Shown: piece by piece, positions 61,281-64,000 of the stretch
Layout of the letters: every line of letters begins with the position of its first letter
Position numbering within the stretch: position 1 is the first letter of the stretch
Source: Bugula neritina
Lineage: Eukaryota > Animalia > Bryozoa
Length of the DNA: 64,000 bases
NCBI GenBank assembly: GCA_964035545.1
Contig: CAXIUT010000230.1
Coordinates: forward strand, 1,488,001-1,552,000
Direction of reading: 5' to 3'
Translations under genes and position numbers: made by a program
Notes under the pieces: generated by a model
What the model was told of the DNA's origin: nothing
Seen by the model: only the letters and a program-made list of their open reading frames with translations
The model's database searches: none

Positions 61281-64000
61281 CATACCGAAGTATACTGCGA
61301 CTCGTTGAAAAATACTGCAACATACTGAAATATACTGCAAGTGGTGCAACATACTGAAATACACTGGGACACACTGAAATACATTGCAACACATTGAAAT
61401 ATACTGCAACATATTGAAACATAAGGCAACATACTGAAATACATTGTGACACACTGAAATACACTGCAACACACTGAAGTATACTGTAATATACTGAAAT
61501 GTACTGCAACATACTGGAATATACTGTAACACACTGAAATATACTCTAACATACCGAATTACACTGTAACATACTGAAATAAACTGCAACATACTGCAAC
61601 ATACTGAATTACACTTGAACATAATGAAATACACTGAAACACATTGAAATATACTGCAACATACCGAAATGAATGGTAAACTAGTGAAATATACTGTAAC
61701 ATAATGAAACATACCGGGACATACTGCAACATAATAAAATATACTGTAACACACTGAAATATGCTACAAGATACTGAAATATACTGTAACATACTGAAAC
61801 AAACGCAACATACTGAAATACGCTGCAACATACTGAAATATACTGCAAGATACTGCAACATACTGAAATACACTGAAATACACTGTAACATATTGAAATA
61901 CATTGCAAAACATTGAAATATACTGCAACATACTGAAATATGCTGTAGCATACTGAAAGACACTACAACTCGCTGAAGGATAGTGTGATACACGGAAATG
62001 TACTGCAACATGCCCAAATACACTGCAACACACTGAAACATAAGGCAACATACTGAAATATTTTGCGATGCATTGACATATACTGCAACATACTAAAATA
62101 TACTGCAACATACTGCAACATCCTAAAATACACTGTAACATACTGAAATACACTGCAACATCTTGAAAAATACTGCAACATACTTACACGTACGGCAACA
62201 TACTAAAATACACTATAACATATTGAAATATACTGCAACATACTGAAATACAGTATAACATATTGAAATATGCTGTAGCATACTGAAATAAACTGCCACA
62301 CACTGAAGTCTACTGTAATATATAGAAATGTACTGTAACATACTGTGACATACTGAAACATACGGCAACATACTGAAATGTACTGCAACATACTGAAATA
62401 TACTGCAACAAAGTGCAACGTACTGAAATACACTGTAACATATTGAAATACACTGCGACACATTAAAATATACTGCAACACACTGAAACATACGGCAACA
62501 TACCGAAATAAACCGGACACCTTGAAAATTACTGCAACGTACTGAAATATACTGCAAGTGGTGCAACATACCGAAGTACACTGTGACACACTGAAATACA
62601 CTGCCACACACTGAAGTATACTGTAATATACAGAAATGTACTGTAACATACTGAAACACACGGCGACATAGTGAAATGTACTGCAACATACTGAAATATA
62701 TTGCAACATAGTGCAACATACCGAAACACACTGTAACATAGTGAAATACACTGCAACATATTGAAATATACTGCAACATAACGAAATAAATGGTAAACTA
62801 GTGGAATATACTGTAACACAATGAAATTGACTGCTTAAGTTACTGAAATATACTGTAACATACTGAAATACGCTGCCACACACTGAAACATACGGCAACC
62901 TACCGAAATAAACTGCGACAGGTTGAAAATTACTGCAACATACTGCAACATACTGAAATACACTGGAACATGTTGAAATACACTGCGAAACATTAAAATA
63001 TACTGTAACACACTGAAACATAGGGCAACATACCGAAGTATACTGCGACATGTTGAAAAATACTGCAACATACTGAAATATACTGCAAGTGGTGCAACAT
63101 ACTGAAAGACACTGGGACACACTGAAATACACTGCAACATACTGCAACATACTGAAATACACTGGAACTTACTGAAATATACTGCGACACATTAAAATAT
63201 ACAGTAACATACTGAAATATACTTCAACATACTGAAACATACGGCAACCTACCGAAATAAACTGCGACACGTTGAAAATTACTGCAACATACTGAAATAT
63301 ACTGCAAGTGGTGCAACATACTGAAATGCATTGTGATACACTGAAATACACTGCAACATACTGCAACATACCACAACATACTGAAATATACTGCGACGCA
63401 TTAAAATATACTGCAACATACTGAAATATACTGCAACGTAGTGCAACGTACTGAAATACACTGTAACATAATGAATTACATTGCAACACATTAAAACATA
63501 CTGCAACATACTGAAATATACTGCAACATACTGAATTACACTCTAACATACTGAAATATGCTCTAGCATACTGAAATACACTGCAACACAGTGGAGTATA
63601 CTGTAATACACTGAAATGTACTGCAACATACTGAATTATACTGCAACATACTGCAACGTACTGGAACACACTGTAACATAATGAAATATGCTGTAGGACA
63701 CTGAAATACACTGCAACACCCTGAAGTATACTGTAATATACTGAAATGTTATGCAATGTACTGAAAAATAATGCAACGCGTTGAATTACACTATAACATA
63801 TTCAAATATACCGCAACATACTGAAATGTAGTGTAATGTACAGAAATGAACCCTAACATACTGAAATATACTGTAACACACTGAAACATACTCTAACATA
63901 CCGAAATAGACTGTAACATACTGAAATCTACTGCAACATACTGAAATGTACCGCAACATACTGAAATATGCGGTAGCATATTGAAAGACACTACGATTCA
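61281..64000 (+). repeat. More diverged satellite tail built from the same modules
   Basis: Module motifs persist (61337, 61666, 62554, 62783, 63075, 63304) with many private variants, e.g. CGCTGAAGGA 61971, ACCGGACAC 62512 and a +2 slip GCTTAAGT at ~62833. No near-identical duplicate ORFs in the track. Confidence 0.8.

Larger units (their letters stand above)
1..64000 (+). repeat. Tandem satellite array: 10-bp monomer ACTG(C/A/T)AA(C/T)A(T/C), mostly as a 20-bp ACTGCAACAT-ACTGAAATAY dimer, ~6,400 monomers, one orientation, open at both window ends
   Basis: Every 10-nt block from 1 to 64000 is a variant of ACTGCAACAT or ACTGAAATAY. I saw no unique sequence and no inverted (ATGTTGCAGT-type) tract on the + strand. 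The + strand is strongly A-rich and G-poor. Confidence 0.99.

Noticed and set aside
217-63756. Hundreds of minus-strand ORFs (up to 786 aa) as protein-coding genes, e.g. Cys-rich or membrane proteins
   Set aside because: They overlap in all three frames with the same periodic peptide, have no unique domain, and gain or lose stops freely between HOR copies. A stop-free reverse-complement consensus fully explains them.
1-64000. CRISPR array or other repeat-spacer system
   Set aside because: No unique spacers, leader or cas genes. Sequence between landmark motifs is itself satellite monomer.
1-64000. Telomerase-made telomeric repeat
   Set aside because: No G-rich tract, monomers are heterogeneous, and variant patterns are inherited in kb-scale blocks, indicating recombinational copying. 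A subtelomeric location is not excluded.
1-64000. Fungal RIP signature (many CA/TA and TG/TA variants)
   Set aside because: Most consensus Cs precede A anyway, and the CpT site also varies (ACTG to ATTG), as do A-to-G changes. Ordinary transition bias suffices, and near-identical kb duplicates persist unmutated.
1-64000. Transposon insertion, inversion, tRNA or rRNA within the array
   Set aside because: I saw no non-satellite stretch longer than about 20 bp, no strand switch, no terminal repeats and no structured-RNA sequence.

Overview
The whole 64-kb window is one uninterrupted, single-orientation tandem satellite array, most likely eukaryotic heterochromatin (host not identifiable from sequence). 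The base unit is a 10-bp monomer in two alternating classes, A = ACTGCAACAT (variant ACTGTAACAT) and B = ACTGAAATAY, giving a 20-bp A-B dimer. Above this sit diverged 0.15-0.4-kb modules marked by diagnostic motifs (GCAAGTGGTGCAAC, GAATGGTAAACTAGTG) and near-identical kb-scale higher-order repeats (HORs). Domain I (1-~18.4 kb) holds a 3,673-bp tandem HOR and re-copies at offsets 11,640/12,969/17,102. Domain II (~18.4-61.3 kb) is a variable-length HOR (landmark spacings 5820, 4902, 6879, 1860, 5650, 7307, 5021, 1718 bp). A more diverged tail runs from ~61.3 to 64 kb. I found no real gene, RNA gene, transposon or CRISPR array. The hundreds of minus-strand ORFs arise because the reverse complement of the consensus has no stop codon and has an ATG in every A monomer. 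I cannot support a novel protein-coding system here. What is notable is the satellite architecture: exact 10-bp phasing, only about 11 distinct indel types, in-register recombination and SNP-traceable unequal exchange. All offsets were read by hand from the sequence and ORF-track coordinates; breakpoints are approximate to about 10-30 bp.
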